Positions 62,320 to 64,000 of a DNA stretch of 64,000 bases are shown here, in pieces (within the stretch, counting starts at the first letter, position 1; each line of letters begins with the position of its first letter). A model generated the notes under the pieces. The model was not told the origin of the DNA. It searched no databases and was given only the letters and a program-made list of their open reading frames with translations. The translations under genes were made by a program, and so were the position numbers. This stretch comes from Stegostoma tigrinum (Eukaryota). The stretch lies in contig NC_081360.1 in assembly GCF_030684315.1 (NCBI RefSeq), forward strand, positions 23,787,033 through 23,851,032. Reading direction: 5' to 3'.

Positions 62320-64000
62320 GTAAACTTACTTCATGTATCATTGTTATTTGTTTTGTAACAGGAATATGAGTCAAAAGTAGATTTCGGTGAGGCATTGACC
62401 CAGTGGCTCATTTGTTATACTATTAGCCCAGAGAGCTGGGTAACGTCCTGGGGACTGGGTTTGAATTCCACCATGGCAGATGGTAAAATGTGAAATCAAT
62501 AAAAATATCTGGAGTTAAGAATCTAATTATCACCATGAAACCATTGTTGATTGTTGGGAAATAAAATCATCTGGTCCACTAATATTCTTTCGGGAAGGAA
62601 ACTACCATCCTTACCTAGTCTGGCTTACACATGACTCTAGATCCACAGCAACGTGGTTGATTCCTGTCTTTGGGGAGTTAGTTAGGGATTATAAATGCGA
62701 ACCTAGCTGGTTATCTCTCACTCCTCTGATTGAATAAGAAATATCTGACATCCTTTGCTTTAGGTGGGACTGGAGATTTATTTGTCTGTGCGCGCCATAA
62801 TTTCTGTTATTACAGCCAGTAAGATTGGAACCCGAAATGGCCTGTGTGTTTTTGAACAAGTATTCTTGTCGAAACAAGATGGATTCTTGAACATAGAGTA
62901 ACCAAGTGCCACTGTTCATCTTAGATATAATTAGGCAATAATGATGAAGTTTTAAAGCAAATTGTTTGAGCTATCCATTTCTTAATCAGAAGGATTGAAG
63001 TTTTAATTATCTTAATCATTTGTGGGTATTGCTGTTGTAAGCATTTATTTCCCAACTCTAATTGCCATCAAGAAAGGTGGTGGTAACAGATCATCGTAAA
63101 TATAGTTGAGTGGCTGCTGGATCACTTCAGAGGGCAGCCAAGAGTGCCACATTGCTGTGGATCTGGAGTCAGGAAACATCAGGATCTGGATTAGGAAATA
63201 CCAGGCAAGCACAGCAGATTTCCCTCTCCAAAGGATATTAGTGAACTTGATTTCCTTTTACATAACAATCCGACATTTGTGTGGTTTTAGTTGCAAATGC
63301 TAATGTTTTAAGAAAGGTACCATATAATGTTATACAAGTGGAATAGCTCCTTGGACAAGGCACCAGAAGATGGGTGGTGTTGATTGGAATATTAATCACT
63401 CCCCACAGCATGTCCAGCAACCTATTTTTGAAAGATGAAACATAGGCAATTATCTTATTGCGGCATCTTCACAATAGCTTCTAATGATCTGTTATTTTAC
63501 TTACACTGAAAATGCTGTCATCAATGATGCCTAAGGTTCCCCAATTAGGGATGACCAAACAATTTCACCTGGTGTGTGATTGAGACACGCCAGTCAGGCA
63601 TACCTCAGGTTTGTTCCCATTTAGGTTATGTCATATCTCCTTGAGTTAGTTGTAGAGAAATTGGCCTGCATTCCTCCTTCTGATTGTTATCTCTCATCCT
63701 TTACTGGCAATGCTTGTACATGGATGTGAAATAATAGATATTGTGGTGTTGTCCTTCAAATTCAGTAGCCTGTAAAATCTTGCTTTTGAGGCTTATAGGT
63801 AACAACTGGCATATGTGGAGGCAGAAGATGGGAAGGGAAAATATTAACAAACCACTAATTCCTTTTAAGGAATGGGATAATCAGGATTACTGTAGGGATT
63901 CCTAGAAAGCTGGCTGACAACATGCTGCATCAGTCACTCTTGCTGCAGATGTGTGTGAGATGTGTCTGAAGATCAGTGTAGGGGATGAGGTACTTTGTGA

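Overview
Eukaryotic, intron-rich, repeat-rich DNA. HE1/V-SINE, Deu-SINE and HER1/CR1-type repeats point to a shark or other cartilaginous fish (inference). Two divergently oriented protein-coding genes can be rebuilt exon by exon with GT-AG sites and consistent phases. (1) Minus strand: the 5' part of an NME9/NME8 (TXNDC6/TXNDC3)-type thioredoxin + NDP-kinase gene, 10 coding exons from ATG 33955 down to 326. It has WCGPC, one complete NDK domain with HGSD and the start of a second NDK domain, and continues off the left edge. (2) Plus strand: the 5' part of VPS8, 7 coding exons from 43327 to 62319, continuing off the right edge. Introns and the intergenic region hold CR1 LINEs (one near full length), a decayed Gypsy element plus a related solo LTR, a Tx1 3' end with TSD, RTE and Penelope remnants and several SINE families. 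The most unusual signal is a population of short Penelope-derived fold-back elements with hammerhead-ribozyme cores and 9-17 bp target duplications. Also notable are a 134-bp direct duplication around a unique insert and an unclassified element with ~92-bp TIRs. Exon and TSD coordinates were read base by base. TE boundaries are approximate, and family names come from recognition, not from database searches.
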